Origin: Scyliorhinus canicula | Lineage: Eukaryota | Reading direction: 5' to 3' | Length of the DNA: 64,000 bases | NCBI RefSeq assembly: GCF_902713615.1 | Contig: NC_052148.1 | Span: 81,746,966 to 81,810,965, forward strand | Shown: piece by piece, positions 48,471 through 61,220 of the stretch | Numbering within the stretch: the stretch's first letter is position 1 | Layout of the letters: each line of letters opens with the position of its first letter | Notes under the pieces: model-generated | Told to the model about the DNA's origin: nothing | What the model saw: the letters and a program-made list of their open reading frames with translations, nothing else | Database searches by the model: none | Position numbers and translations under genes: made by a program

Positions 48471-50480
48471 TATGGTTCTACAGGAGTGTTCAACTTCTTC
48501 GAAATAGAAAATATTACCACACAATCTATTGATTCATGACTCTTTAGGTAAAGGTAATCTAACGAGTCCATCAGCATTCCCATGGAGAATTGATTTATGA
48601 TATTTTATCATATATGTATACACTGACAGCAGAAAAGCCCATCTCTGCATCTTGGCTTGCTGTTCGAGATGAAATACCAGTGTATGACCCAAGTTTCATT
48701 GCCAGTGGGCAATAATCTATTAGTAAAGAAATGTTCTTTCCGTATAAGTACTGGTAAAAATGTTTGATTCTGAAAATGATGCCTGGAGTTTCCATCTCTA
48801 TCTGTGCATAGTTAATTTCTGCTTCGTTCAAGGATCTTGATGCAAGCGCTAATGACTTATCTTCACCATTGGGTATTATGTGAGAAACCACAGCTCCCAC
48901 TCCATATGGTGATGGATCACAATCCAGTTGCAAATATAACTTTGGATCAAAGTATGTCCACACAGCTGACTTTAGTAATGCCTCTTTAGCTTGTACGAAG
49001 GCCTTCTCGCATTGACCCACCCATTTCCATTTCCTGTTTTTGCACAATAAGTTTTGTAAAGACTTGAGAATACTTGCGAGATTGGGGGTAAAACTTCCAT
49101 AATAGTTTAATAATCCCATAAACAAACAAAGTTGATTTAGGTTTTGAGGTGCAGGTGCCTCAGTTATGGCTTTAACTTTTGATGATGATTTGTGCAGTCC
49201 CTTTGCATCTGTTAAGTGCCCCGAGTATTCAATATTATAGTTGAAGAACTGACATTTATCCTTCCGTACTCGTAGTCTGCAATCTACTCGCTTCTGGAGT
49301 GTTCTAAATTTTGAAGATGCTCTTCTTCATTACCCCAGTAAGATATCATCTAAGTAGCGCTGGACCCTTTCTAGTCCACTGAGAATTTGATCCATGGCAC
49401 ACTGGAATAATGCAAGTCCGGACATGATGCCAAATGGAAGTCTTTTTTTGATGATTGTCAACTATTGTTATGGATCTGGATCCACATTCATCTGGAGAGA
49501 AGACTGACTACTACTGAAATGCTGGCCTCCAGCCAACCTAGCAAATAAATCATCAATTGAAGATAGAGGGAACTGCTGTGCACACAACCACAATGATAGT
49601 GACTTTAACTATGGTACTAGGGTACTATGGGTTTGGCCTAATCACTTACATTAATGGGTTCGAGGAAACCCATCTTGACCAACCACTTTAATTCTGCCTC
49701 AACCGTAGGCCTGATGGCATACAGCTCAGACCTAGCCTTTAAGCATTTTTGACCACGGATCATTTGGACTCGAAAAGTTAGATCTTTTCTCTCCCTACAA
49801 TCGCTGCCAGACCTGCTGAGATTTTCTATCATTTTCTCTTTTGGCTTCAAGCATTTTCCGTGGCTTGAGCCCTTAATCTTTAGTTTGACTGAGATCTCTT
49901 TCATACTTCTCAGCTCTCCATTAAAGGCTATGGATGGCATGTTTCTTTAGAATCTTCGGTAGACCAGGTTCGGACTCTGACAGGTGATTCACCTTAGCCC
50001 AGTTTCGTTTGATTCTCTCCAGCCAGGTTCTCCCCATTAGGCTGGATAGTTACCTTTAACAATGCGCAGGGACAAGTCTGTGGTCTGTCAGTTTAGCTGC
50101 ATGTTTACAATGATACGGCTCCTCAACGGAATTACTTCTCCGGTATAGACTTTGAGTATTATCTTTGAGGGTTTCAAGGCGATATGTCATAGTTTCTGGG
50201 ACCAACAAAATGGGTGCTCCAGTGTCCACCTTTACGTTCACTAGTTGTCTGTCCAGTAAAGGGGTGAAGCAGTAACGGTTGGTTGAGGCAGCAATGGCCA
50301 GTACGCTCAACAGCATTTCATCATCTGACTGTGACACTGGTTCCTTTTTGCACTCTTTTCATATCGTGTTGATACTCTTTCCTCTGTTCAATTTTTCACT
50401 TCGAATCATAGAAACCCGACAGTGCAGAACGAGGCCATTCGGTCCATCAAATCAGCACCGACCCTCGAAAAGACCATCGG

Positions 50481-51721
50481 ACATAGGAGCAGAATTAGGC
50501 CACTCGGCCCATCGAGTCTGCTCTGCCATTTAACCATGGCTGATATATTTCTCATCCCCATTCCCCTGCCTTCTCCCCGTAACCTCTGATCCCCTTATTG
50601 ATCAAGAACCTATCTATCTCTGTCTTAATACACTCAGTGATTTGGTCTCCACAGCCTTCTGCAGTAACGACTTCCGCAGATTCACCACCCTCTGGCTGAT
50701 GAAATTCCTCCTCATCTCTGTGTTAAAGGATCGTCCCTTTAGTCTGAGATTGTGTCCTCTGGTTCCAGTTTTTTCCACAAGTGAAAACATCCTCTCCACG
50801 TCCACTCTATCCAGGCCTCGCAGTATCCTGTAAATTTTCAATAAGATCCCCTCTCAACCTTCTAAACTCCAACAAGTACAAAATCAGAGTCCTCACCTAT
50901 TCCTCATACGACAAGCTCTTCATTCCAGGGATCATTCTGTGAACCTCTTCTGGACCCTTTCTAACGCCAGCACTTCCTTCCTTAGATACGGGACCCAAAA
51001 CTGCCCACGGCAGCACGGTAGCATGGTGGTTAGCATAAATGCTTCACAGCTCCAGGGTCCCAGGTTCGATTCTGGCTTGGGTCACTGTCTGTGCGGAGTC
51101 TGCACGTCCTCCCCGTGTGTGCGTGGGTTTCCTTCGGGTGCTCCGGTTTCCTCCCACAGTCCAAAGATGTGCGGGTTAGGTGGATTGGCCATGCTAAATT
51201 GCCCGTAGTGTCCTTAAAAGTAAGGTTGTTGGGTCACGGGTATAGGGTGGATACGTGGGGTTGAGTAGGGTGATCATTGCTCGGCACAACATCGAGGGCC
51301 GAAGGGCCTGTTCTGTGCTGTACTGTTCTATGCTCTATGTTCTAATACTCCAAATGGGGTCTGACCAGAGCCTTACACAGCCTCAGAATTACATCCCTGG
51401 TCTTGTATTCTAGCCCTCTCGACATGAATGATAACATTGCATTTGTCTTTCTAACTGCCGACTGAATCTGCACGTTAACCTTGAGAGAACCTTGAACAAT
51501 AACTCCCAAATCCCTTTGTGCTTCTGATTTCCTGAGCATTTCCCCATTTTTAAAATAGTCTATGCCCCCATTCCTCCTTCCAAAGTACAAAATCTCACAC
51601 TTCCACATTTTATTGCATCTGTCACTTCTTCACCCACTCTCCTAGCCTGTCCAAGTCCTTCTGTAGCCCGCCTGCTTCCTCAATACTATCTGTCCCTCCA
51701 GCTCTCTTTGCATCATCTGCA
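50481..51721 (-). mobile_element. 5'-truncated CR1/HER1 LINE
   Basis: FADDAK, LQKDLDRLGEW, RDLGVIV, ALVRPHLEY, TRGHNLRL and RRNFISQRVV; CR1 3' end. Confidence 0.88.
51009..51344 (+). mobile_element. Young HE1-type SINE inside CR1
   Basis: Near-identical to 16728-17080; no evident TSD. Confidence 0.9.
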
Positions 51722-53126
51722 AAAGAGCACGCTCCCTGTGCCCAAGCCCTCTCCCTGTCCCTAAGGGACAATTTCAGCATGGCCAATCCTGCACATCCCT
51801 GGACACTAAGGAAGTAAATTATCATGGCCAATCCACCTAGCCTGCACACCTTTGGATTGTGGATGAAACCGGAGCACCAGGAGGAAACCACGCAGACACT
51901 GGGAGAATGTGCAAACTTCACACAGACAGCCAGGTACCCAATGTCAGAATTGAACATGAGTCCCTGGCGCTGTGAGGCAGCAGTGCTGGATAGCACTGTA
52001 TGATGTATTTGGTTCTTGCTTTTTATAATTCTTATTTGAAACTTGTTCTTTGTCTCTCCAACACGCATGTTGATATGTACTTTTTTACCCCACCCTAATA
52101 GTGCCATTCTGGACATCTCCAAATTCACAGAATTCAACTAATTTCTTTAAAGTAGCTACGAATTGTGTGATTGATTCATTTTCGTGCTGGTTACGTTCAT
52201 GGAACCTGAACTTCTCGGTGATGACCAAGTGGTTCGATGACAAAAGGCCCGACAATACCTTCACAATCTCACCATAAATTTTCGAGTCTGGATTTTCTGG
52301 TTGCACAAGACTTCACAGGTGGTTGAAAACTTTCATCCCCACTGTGTTCAGGATAGTCAGGACTATTATATCCGCCGCAATTTTGTTGGCCTGGATAAAG
52401 TATTCAAATCTTTCAGTGTATGAGCTGCAGTGCTCGGAGCTTTTATCGTACAGTCCCATGGTGCCAAAACTCCCACTATTTTACTATAGGAAGGCTCGTG
52501 TGAGTACAAATGTGCCTCAAAGCTTTGAGCACTAACTCGCTTCTTTTCTTTCAAACAAGGTAACCCTGAGCTGAGCTTGTTCCTTTTCGAGTTTTGCAAG
52601 GGGCTTCACAAAACTCCCCTAGATCTCAATTAAATGTTGCAGGAAATTTGTCACTTTACTTGCTATTCACGGCAGAGGCAGCACTGTTTCAGAACCTTCT
52701 GAGCAGTGCACATGGCAAGATTTTTTTGATGCTGTTTCCACCAAAATCTTTGTTTAAATTTTGGTTCCTTCAATGGTTCTTGCTTTTATTTGTCACCCCT
52801 CTATTGCCAGCTTTGGTGTCGTGATGTTTTTATCCTCTTCATTTTTTTTGGATGGCTGCAGTGTGAATCGATGATTTTTCTTACTCCACCAGATTTTTGC
52901 AGTTCCTTTTCAGGTGTCTGCAGTGTGGATAACCACCTCGTCGCCAGTTTCTTTGTGATATTTTGTGGGGAAAGGCTTGCCCACCATGAAGGTACAAACA
53001 AACAAGAGCTTTGTTAGAAAGGAGTCTTCTCTACAGGTTGCTACACTAGACTGACTGTTAGCCCACCCAAACTGCAGATGACATCATTGATATGTCACAT
53101 CATCAAACTCTTAGTGACATTTTTCT

Positions 53127-54441
53127 TTTTTTCTTATAAATTTAGAGTACCCAATTATTTTTGTTGTCCAATTCAGGGGCAATTTTAGCGTGGCCAATCC
53201 ACCTACACTGCACATCTTTTTGGGTTGTGGGGGTGAAACCCATGCAAACATGGGGAGAATGTGCAAACTCCGCACAGACAGTGACCCTGGGGCAGGATAA
53301 GAATAAAAACATAAGAACTAGGAGCAGGAGTAGCCCATCTGGCTCCTTCGCCATTCAATGAGATCATGGCTGATCTTTTGTGGACTCAGCTCCACTTTCT
53401 GGCTGGAACATCATAACCCTTAATCCCTTTATTCTTCAAAAAACTATCTATCTTTATCTTAAAAACATTTAATGAAGGAGCCTCAACTGCTTCACTGGGC
53501 AAGGAATTCCATAGATTCACAACCCTTTGGGTGAAGAAGTTCCTCCTCAACTCTGCCTAAATCTACTTCCCCTGATTTTGAGGCTATGCCCCCTAGTTCT
53601 GCTTTCACCCGCCAGTGGAAACAACCTTCCCGCATCTATCCTATCTATTCCCTTCATAATTTTAGATGTTTTTATAGGATTCCCCCTCATCCTTCTAAAT
53701 TCCAACGAGTACAGTCCCAGTCTACTCAACCTCTCCTCGTAATCCAACCCCTTCAGCTCTGGGATTAACCTAGTGAATCTCCTCTGCACACCCTCCAGTG
53801 CCAGTACATCCGTTTTCAGTAAGGAGTCCAAAACTGAACACAATACTCCAGGTGTGGCCTCACTAATGCAACTCACCTTATACAATTGCAGCATAACCTC
53901 CCTAGTCTTAAACTCCATCCCTCTAGCAATGAAGGACAAAACTCCATTTGCCTTCTTAATGACCTGTTGCACCTGTAAACCAACTTTTTGTGACTCATGC
54001 ACTAGCACACCCAGGTCTCTCTGCACAGCAGCATGTTTTAATATTTTATCATTTAAATAATAATCCCTTTTGCTGTTATTCCTACCAAATGGATAACCTC
54101 ACATTTGTCAACATTGTATTCCATCTGCCAGACCCTAGCCCATTCACTTAACCTACCCAAATCCCTCTGCAGACTTCCGGTATCCTCTGCACTTTTTGCT
54201 TTCCCACTCATCTTAGTGTCGTCTGCAAACTTGGACACATTGCCCTTGGTCCCCAACTCCAAATCATCTATGTAAATTGTGAACAATTGTGGGCCCAACA
54301 CTGATCCCTGAGGGACACCACTAGCTACTGATTGCCAACCAGAGAAACACCATTTAATCCCCACTCTTGCTTTCTAAGAAACCGAGTTTTTAACAACAAT
54401 TCGAACCCAGGTCCTCAGCGCCGTTGGCAGCAATGCTCACG
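53127..54441 (-). mobile_element. A-tailed HE1-head SINE with 14-bp TSD, split by CR1
   Basis: TSD AGTGACATTTTTCT at 53113-53126 and 54442-54455; body 53127-53292, head about 54396-54441. Confidence 0.8.
53296..54375 (-). mobile_element. 5'-truncated CR1/HER1 LINE
   Basis: GVPQGSVLGP, KFADDTK, RDLGVLV, LEGVQRRFTR and LYSLEFRRMRG. Confidence 0.9.
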
Positions 54442-54865
54442 AGTGACATTTTTCTGACTGGGAACAAACATGAACATGTGCCTCCTCCTTCCACTGCATT
54501 TTTACAAATTGATTTCAAAGATTTTTCTACTCTGTATTTCCTTCAGTAATACTGAGGTGAAGGTGTTTTTTATATCAATGGAAAAGGTTGCCAACTTGTT
54601 CGGAGATAGGTCCTTCTACCTTGGACTCTAAATGTGAGACTTGGTTCTTATGCAGACAGTAGAAATCCTAAATATCTTCTTAACACTTGTTTCTTAATAC
54701 TACATTTAAATAGGTTACAAAGTAGACACATTGCTCCCAGGCATGATTCCAACTTCCCTCTCAATTCTAACACATGATCAATGGATGTCAATGATACATC
54801 ATCATCTATATTAGCATATCCCATTTATTAACCTACAATTATTATTATACTACAATGGTCAGTAA

Positions 54866-55210
54866 TTTTCTTCTTTTATTCATTCATGGGTGTGGGCATT
54901 GCATGCTGGGCCAGCATTTATTTGTCCATCTCTGCGGGCATTTAAGAGTCAACCGCATTGCTGACCCTGACGCACCTTCACCTCTGACTGAAGTCGCATG
55001 TAGGCTGGACCAGGTAAGGATGACAGATTACCTTCCTTAAAGGACATTAGTGAACCAGATGAGTTTTTCCGACATTAGCCAATGAGTTCATGGTCATCAT
55101 TAGACTTTTAATTCCAGATTTTTATTGTATTTTCAACATCTGCAGTGGTGGGATTCGAACTCGGGTTCCCAGAGCATTATCCTAGGTCCAGTAACAATAC
55201 CACTGTGCTA
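54866..55210 (-). mobile_element. Bipartite SINE: 5' head plus 3' tail of the tRNA-headed LINE
   Basis: B box GTTCGAATCC (55160-55151); body matches 33100-33330; the end matches 36150-36200; no coding sequence between them. Confidence 0.78.
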
Positions 55211-56859
55211 CTGACGTCTGAGTGTGAGGTCTACATAGGCCCTGGACTTCTTGGTATCTGTGACACCTTTTTATTTTGCAGGAGTAATCCCTACACCCTA
55301 TGACTCCTGTCTGAAAGTTCCTTTACTAAAACTGAAACCTCAATATAGTTTCCTTTTGCAATGAAGACGAAAGACAATAGTGACACTCCCAAACCACACC
55401 ATCCCAACTTCTGAGTGTTGGTGCGAACCATCCCTAATGTACCATACTAATGACAGCTAACCCTTCACCCCATTCTGGATTCTGTGTGCAGTCCGTTCCA
55501 GTAAAAAATGTGGTATCGCTTTGACCCCCTCGTTTGTCAGTGTATCATGTCCCTGGTCAGGGTCCAATGTCCCACCCTTCGGTCTTTTCTCTGCCCATCA
55601 TTGTTCATCCTCCTCCTCCACCTGCCCTTGACCAGCCCTGCCCAGTGCCCCCCCTCCCCCTGCTTTCATCAGTCCCACCTTCACCTCAGACCCCACCCCG
55701 TTCGAACTTTGGTCAATCGAAGTGAAGTGCATGCGTCCTGCAGCACATTGTACAGACAATGGCGCAGACACCGGGAGAAGAAGATCTTGGGCGCAGCACT
55801 GGTCAGAGTCAGTCCAAGTGGAGGGCCCATGCGTTATGCAGCGCAGTGCTGCCCATTAAGACAAACTCGACATAGAGCTGGAGGGAACGAACTGGTCTCC
55901 CCCAGCAGTGTGACATTCAGCGCAGCAGGAGTTGTACAAAGCTATGTGAGGTAGGCTATTTATATTAAACTCACCTTGAAGTCATGAATGAACTGAGATC
56001 CACCTTGTGCAAGCCACTTTTATTCAAACGGGTTTGACGTGATTTTCCACTGTCATGACACAAGATTGGAATACCTCCAAGATTCAGACAAGCAGCTGTT
56101 TTAATGAACATTCATGAGATTCAATTGATGCCATCTCACCATTGAAAAACCACTCACCATTGGGAAAATTGTAACACGCTGGTGACTTTTTGACCCTTTG
56201 GCTCCTGCTAGATTATTCGCCTTTGCCTGCCACTGAGAGAATTCAACCCTTTTCTTTCAAAGGAATAGTCTCCCTAATGATTTCAAATCTCTCTGAACTT
56301 ATGTAGATCTCCTTGAGGTTGAATATCTATTTGCTCTGAACTAATTTCCTGAGAATTATCACTTCTTGTTTTCCTTGTTCGTGGTTCTGCAGATGTGTCA
56401 TTTGCTGAGGGTCAAGGTGTGCAGCCGATCTACTAATTATTTCCTGACCATTGAAATCAAAGCACTCCTGTTTCTTTACGATGCCTAACTGTGCCTGGGC
56501 CAGATACCATACTTTCTCGCTGTTGATCTTTGATCGATACCATCTCTCCCCCTTTGAGTATTAAGGCCATGAGCCCCTTGTCACTGGTTGAAAATGCGAA
56601 CTTGATCTACTCTGTAACTTTATTCCCTGGGCTTCCCATGGGCTTTATGTTGTGATCTTTGGTGTCAACAGATGGGGAGGTTGGTTTTTTTGCCTGTGGC
56701 CCATCGAAAGCTCACATTGGGTGAAACCGATCTGCAATGGTGTAGAATGATAACGGAGCACGGTTAAATAAAATTGAGCACGGTTCAATCAAAATCTTCG
56801 CTTTTCCTCAGCAGATCTTTAATAGTACACACTCCTCTCTCAGCCTCTCCATTGGGCTG

Positions 56860-57263
56860 TGTCATAATATCCACTCATGTATACAATGAGATGCAGACAG
56901 GCAGTGATTGACACACAGCATTACCAATGAACACACAACATAGAACAACCAATCACCAGACAGGACACCACCACTATGAAGCCCACAGGGCATTAAGACT
57001 CTACCTCTCTCAGGACCCAGCTACTGAGACAGTCAGAGTACACAAGCCAGTGAGCACTATCACCATGCGGTAGCTACTAAGTCTGGTCAAGCCAGTAAGA
57101 GGTCATCAGTTAGATTAGTAGAGTGTCAACCCACAGCTGAACATGTACAGCAGTCCACTAGTTAAATAAAACAGTGTTGGATCATCTCCTGTGTCAGACG
57201 TCTGTTTCTAGTTTCACTGCATCCAGTTGCCGTCAACGTCGAACCACCCTGCCTAACACATCA
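56860..57263 (+). mobile_element. Solo LTR (about 404 bp)
   Basis: TG...CA ends; AATAAA near 57166; interrupts old Gypsy sequence; TSD degenerate (GGCTG/GATTG). Confidence 0.6.
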
Positions 57264-57289
57264 GATTGAGGGTATTTTGGCGAAAGTAA

Positions 57290-57600
57290 TGGGAAAAATG
57301 CACATGATGATGCAAAGAATGAGAGGCACTCAGCAAATTGGCCCATTGTCAGTGACAAGAAAGCCGTGTGTGGAAAACATTCTCTTCAGAGAGGTTTTAA
57401 CATCTTCAGAGGTGAGGTAATGTAACTTTTGCACATCTATCCAGTGGGAAAAATAATCCACAACAATGAGAAACAATTTCCCTTTGAATACAAATAGATG
57501 GGTACCAAGGTCAGCCTCTGGCTTGGATGGAAAAGAGGAGAGCAGAAGTGGATTTTCCTGCCATTGTCTGTGAATAGTGCAGGTGATGCAGTTGGAGACA
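57290..57600 (-). pseudogene. Gypsy integrase remnant
   Basis: LGTHLFVFKGKLFLIVVDYFSHWID...MFSTHG..VTDNGP. Confidence 0.75.
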
Positions 57601-57619
57601 TGGGCAGGGGAAATGAAAC

Positions 57620-58558
57620 AGAATCCATTTTGGGCACATTTAGCTGGGTGTTTCCTGGCATTTGCAGCGAGGAGTGCCCTGCCAAGCCTGCACAGACTCA
57701 TTTCCTGTACTACCGAGCTCAACTCGTCAATGCAGGAAGAGATCAGAGCACCATATTTAAGTAGCTCCCCAATCACTGGACTCCCCACTGCAGCCTCTGC
57801 CCCCCCCCCCCACCTCCATTGCAACGCCCCAACTTACCAAATAGGGGTCCCCCACAAATAGAGCAGAGCACCGCCAAGGTTCAATCCCTTGACGCTGCCA
57901 GCTTGACACCCTGGCAGTACCCCTGCCAGCAAGGCAGTGCTTCCTTGGCATCCTGGCAATTACAAAGTGGTTCCCAATGGCACTGCCTTGCTGGCAGAGG
58001 CACTGCCAGGGGCTGCAGTGCCATTGCCCTGGGTGGGCCACATGATGCCGCGCCAGGTGGAGGTGGCCGGGTGTGGTGGGCATGGCGGAGGATGGGATCT
58101 GGGGGTGGCGGTACCCATATGGCTGATGTCACTCTGCACAACCAAGGGCCAATGTGGGTGGTCAGTGGGGTGCACACCAAGATGGCTGATTTGCAGGCCG
58201 CTGCAATGGTGGTCCCTGAATGGACAGCATCCCAGTCCTGTGGGGGGGGGTCACCCCGTCCACTCGGTCCATTCCCCCATCATCCCCCACCTGGCAGTGG
58301 CAGTGACATCGGAGGCACTCATCGGAACTCGCCCCATCGGAGGCAGCAAATCACGGAGGCCCCGGGTCAGGCCCACTAATGATATGCAAAAGATGTCTAC
58401 TGTACGTGTGTTCCGGAATGCATTGGCGCCACCATCGATGTGACTGAGAATTGCGATTTGGCATCAAATCGGCGTCTGCCGTGATTGTGGAGTCGGAACC
58501 TATTCTCCGCTCAATCACGTTTCCCGATTTCAGCATCAGCCAACGGAGAATCCCGCCC
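57620..58558. mobile_element. GC-rich Harbinger-type non-autonomous element
   Basis: Right TIR GGAGAATCCCGCCC; internal TGCCA/TGGCA repeats; homology with 22005-22200 and 60437-61220. Confidence 0.65.
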
Positions 58559-59224
58559 AAGGTTTCAAAATATTTTTCACAATAAATGATCAGCTCAGCC
58601 AAATTGCTGTTAAGTCATCCCAAAGGAGAAAATACAGTTAGCTATATGGTTTTAACGGGATGTTGTTGTTGCCAAGCATCAATACGGTTTTATCATACTT
58701 TCTAGACTTACTGAATCTTGATGAGGCCTTGCTTTCCTTTGTCAGACATGAGATAGTCAATTTGGCTTAGCTTCAAACTATTCATTAAGAACCATTTACA
58801 AATATCTCAGGGTAAGTTCCTGGCTTTCAGGACACAAACTGATCTGCTCCTAAATTTTAGAGCATTTAGGTCGGCTGACTACTGATGTCACAGTTACATC
58901 ATGGTCTAACTAACATAACAATTAACCCATTACTCTACATTGGATTTCAGATAATGGCAGCTGACAACTAAACTGGGACAAATGGCCCACGATGACAACC
59001 TGCAATAGAGGATCACATGTCAATTAATTTGTGATTTGTGACATAGCAAATGCGCAAAAATTATATAACTCACAACAAAATCATTCAATTTACCCGGACA
59101 TATATATTTGTAATCTCTCCATCAACATTTCCTTTTCTGAGTTTACCCCATTTTCAGAGCCCTGGGCCTTAGTTTCAAATTGCTTCCTTAGTCTTTGTTT
59201 GTTGGGACTATCTATGTCATTTCT

Positions 59225-59559
59225 GGGCAGCACGGTGGCACAGTGGGTTAACACTGTTGCCTCACAGATCCAGGGACCCTGGTTCAATTCCAGCCTCAGG
59301 GTCACTGTGGAGTTTGCACTTTCTCCCATGTCTATGTGGGTTTCCTCTGGGTTCTCCAGTTTCCTCCCACAGTCCAAAGGTGTGCAGTTTAGGTGGATTG
59401 GCTATGCTAAATTGCCTCCTAGTTTCCAAACGGTTAGGTGGGGTTACTGAGTTATTGGGATGGGATGGAGGCATGGGCTCTTAGGGTGCTCTTTCCAAGG
59501 GCCAATGTGGACTTGATGGGCCGAATGGCCTCCTTTTACTACATTGTGAATTCTATGAT
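59225..59559 (+). mobile_element. Older HE1-type SINE with CR1-like tail
   Basis: tRNA head, V core, GATGGGCCGAATGGCCTCCTT tail. Confidence 0.85.
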
Positions 59560-60436
59560 TTCAAACTCTAGGCTGCAGTTTCACTCATGATACTTTTAAA
59601 AAGGGTGTTAACCCAGTGACTTTAATGTGATTGTATATTGATATTACAGTACAATTCACCGCAGTAACATTTGACCATGATAGACATAAATTCCAAAGGT
59701 TAAAATCAATAGCATTGGATTTTACCTTCAGTACACGAGGCATGTTTGTTTGCTCAAAATGAAGGATATGTGAAACAAGTATAGCCACTGATGTACAGGG
59801 AGATGATTGTAAGTGGAACTTTTCAATTGTAGTAACAGCATCCTGTAAATTGCCTGAAGGTGGGGAAATTCTCGGTAAACTGTGCATTTTCATGTGCAGA
59901 AAATGGAGCTGTTAACTTGAAAGTTGCCCACTCAATATGGAGTTCAGCTGTTGAAATGATCCGCTAGGAAGTAGCTGGTCAACATAGGCTTCATCGGAAC
60001 ACAGGCTCTTAAACAATTAAGCTGTAAAGTTTCTTAGTTAATTGCACCATGAAGGTTCATGTAAACATAAGGCATGGTTTGTTTGAGTAATAAAGCTGTT
60101 AAGAATGGCTCAGGTCTAATGAAGAAACACTTAGTGAATCATAAACATGTCATGTCCTCTCATGCTTAATTGGGACCCTTTGTTAAAGATGAGGCCAGAA
60201 GGTAAAGGTTGGGGGTGGGGCTGTAAGGTGCAGCTGGTTCTTCTAGAAATTTATGTTTCAGTTGTTCAAAGTCCTTGAAGACACTTACTGACTGTTGGAG
60301 ATATTTGAAAAGGGATCAGTATTTCCCATACAATGCATGCCATCACTCAGATTAGTTAGTCTGTTTTGCTCTGTTAGTGGTAGCAGTCTATTTATGCAGT
60401 CAGTGGTCAAAATTAGGCATTAGTAATAGAATCAGA

Positions 60437-61220
60437 AGGCACGATTTACTGGCTGCGGGGACGCGGCTCGGACATCCCGCGAGGAGCTTCTTCCGGGTTT
60501 CCCGACAGTCGTTGTGCCTCGAGAAATCTAACAAGGTCTTGGGAGACATAGCGATCCGGATGGGTGGGACCCAGACTTGCAGAGTTAAGTGACCTTAAAA
60601 GCTCACTCTGCCGACGCTAGATCTAACCAGCCCCTGGAATCTACCGGCCTCCAGCCGGGCACCACTTAGCACTGGTCCCCACAAACTGGGACCAAGCAAA
60701 ACTGCTCTTGAGGGTGTGGGGGCGAGGGGGTTCCCAGGTGATTAAAGGCCTACGGGCAGTTGGAATCTGGGTAGGGTGGAACCCTGGCACTGCTTATGCC
60801 ACCTGGGCACCTTGACACTACCAGCCTGGCCACATGGCAGTGCCACCTGGGCACCCTGGCAGTGCTACCCAGATTCCAGGCAGACACTGCCATGGTGCCC
60901 AGGTTGTACTGTCAGCCTAGCTGTGCCAAGGTGCCCAGGTGGCATTTTGCCCATGCCAGGGATTGGGCGCAGAGGTGCCCTTCCCATATGAGGTGGGTGC
61001 GGGGGCTCGAGGATCCCCCAAAAGCTGAAGAGGGGTATTGGGGGGGGTCCGAGGGTCACTTGCGGGGGTTCAGAGTTCGGGGCTCCATTTAAAAATGGAG
61101 CTCCGCTGGTCAGTGCAGGAAATGTGACTGAATACAGCCTTGGAGGGGCATTCCCCGCTGAGGCCCAAGAAAAAAGCAGAGTGCCGTTAGACAGTGAGAT
61201 CGTTCCTGGCACTACAGAAT
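60437..61220. mobile_element. GC-rich Harbinger-type non-autonomous element
   Basis: Left end GGCACGATTTACTGGC matches the TIR at 6059; internal TGCCA/TGGCA repeats. Confidence 0.6.

Larger units (their letters stand above)
50403..51990 (-). mobile_element. HE1 SINE (pieces 50403-50478 and 51722-51990) split by CR1
   Basis: Tail and body are collinear across the CR1 insertion. Confidence 0.72.
46696..54476 (-). mobile_element. Decayed Gypsy element (gag-PR-RT-RH) with nested SINE/LINE insertions
   Basis: LTRs about 46694-46895 and 52954-53126 + 54442-54476; PBS TGGCGACGAGGTGG (tRNA-Ser(GCU)-like) at 52946-52933; gag 52085-52470; VDTGA near 50220; YLDD near 49350; RNase H DCDPSPYGVGAV near 48900; candidate TSD (A)TGTG. 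Confidence 0.85.
42404..54854 (-). mobile_element. Old LTR retrotransposon expanded by nested insertions
   Basis: Diverged LTR pair 42404-42630 and 54597-54854 (TGTTC...TACTACA); flanks AAGGT/ATGGT; PPT GGGGGAGAGGTGGTGA beside the left LTR; PBS-like TGGCAACC beside the right LTR; gag scrap 46350-46690. Confidence 0.65.
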
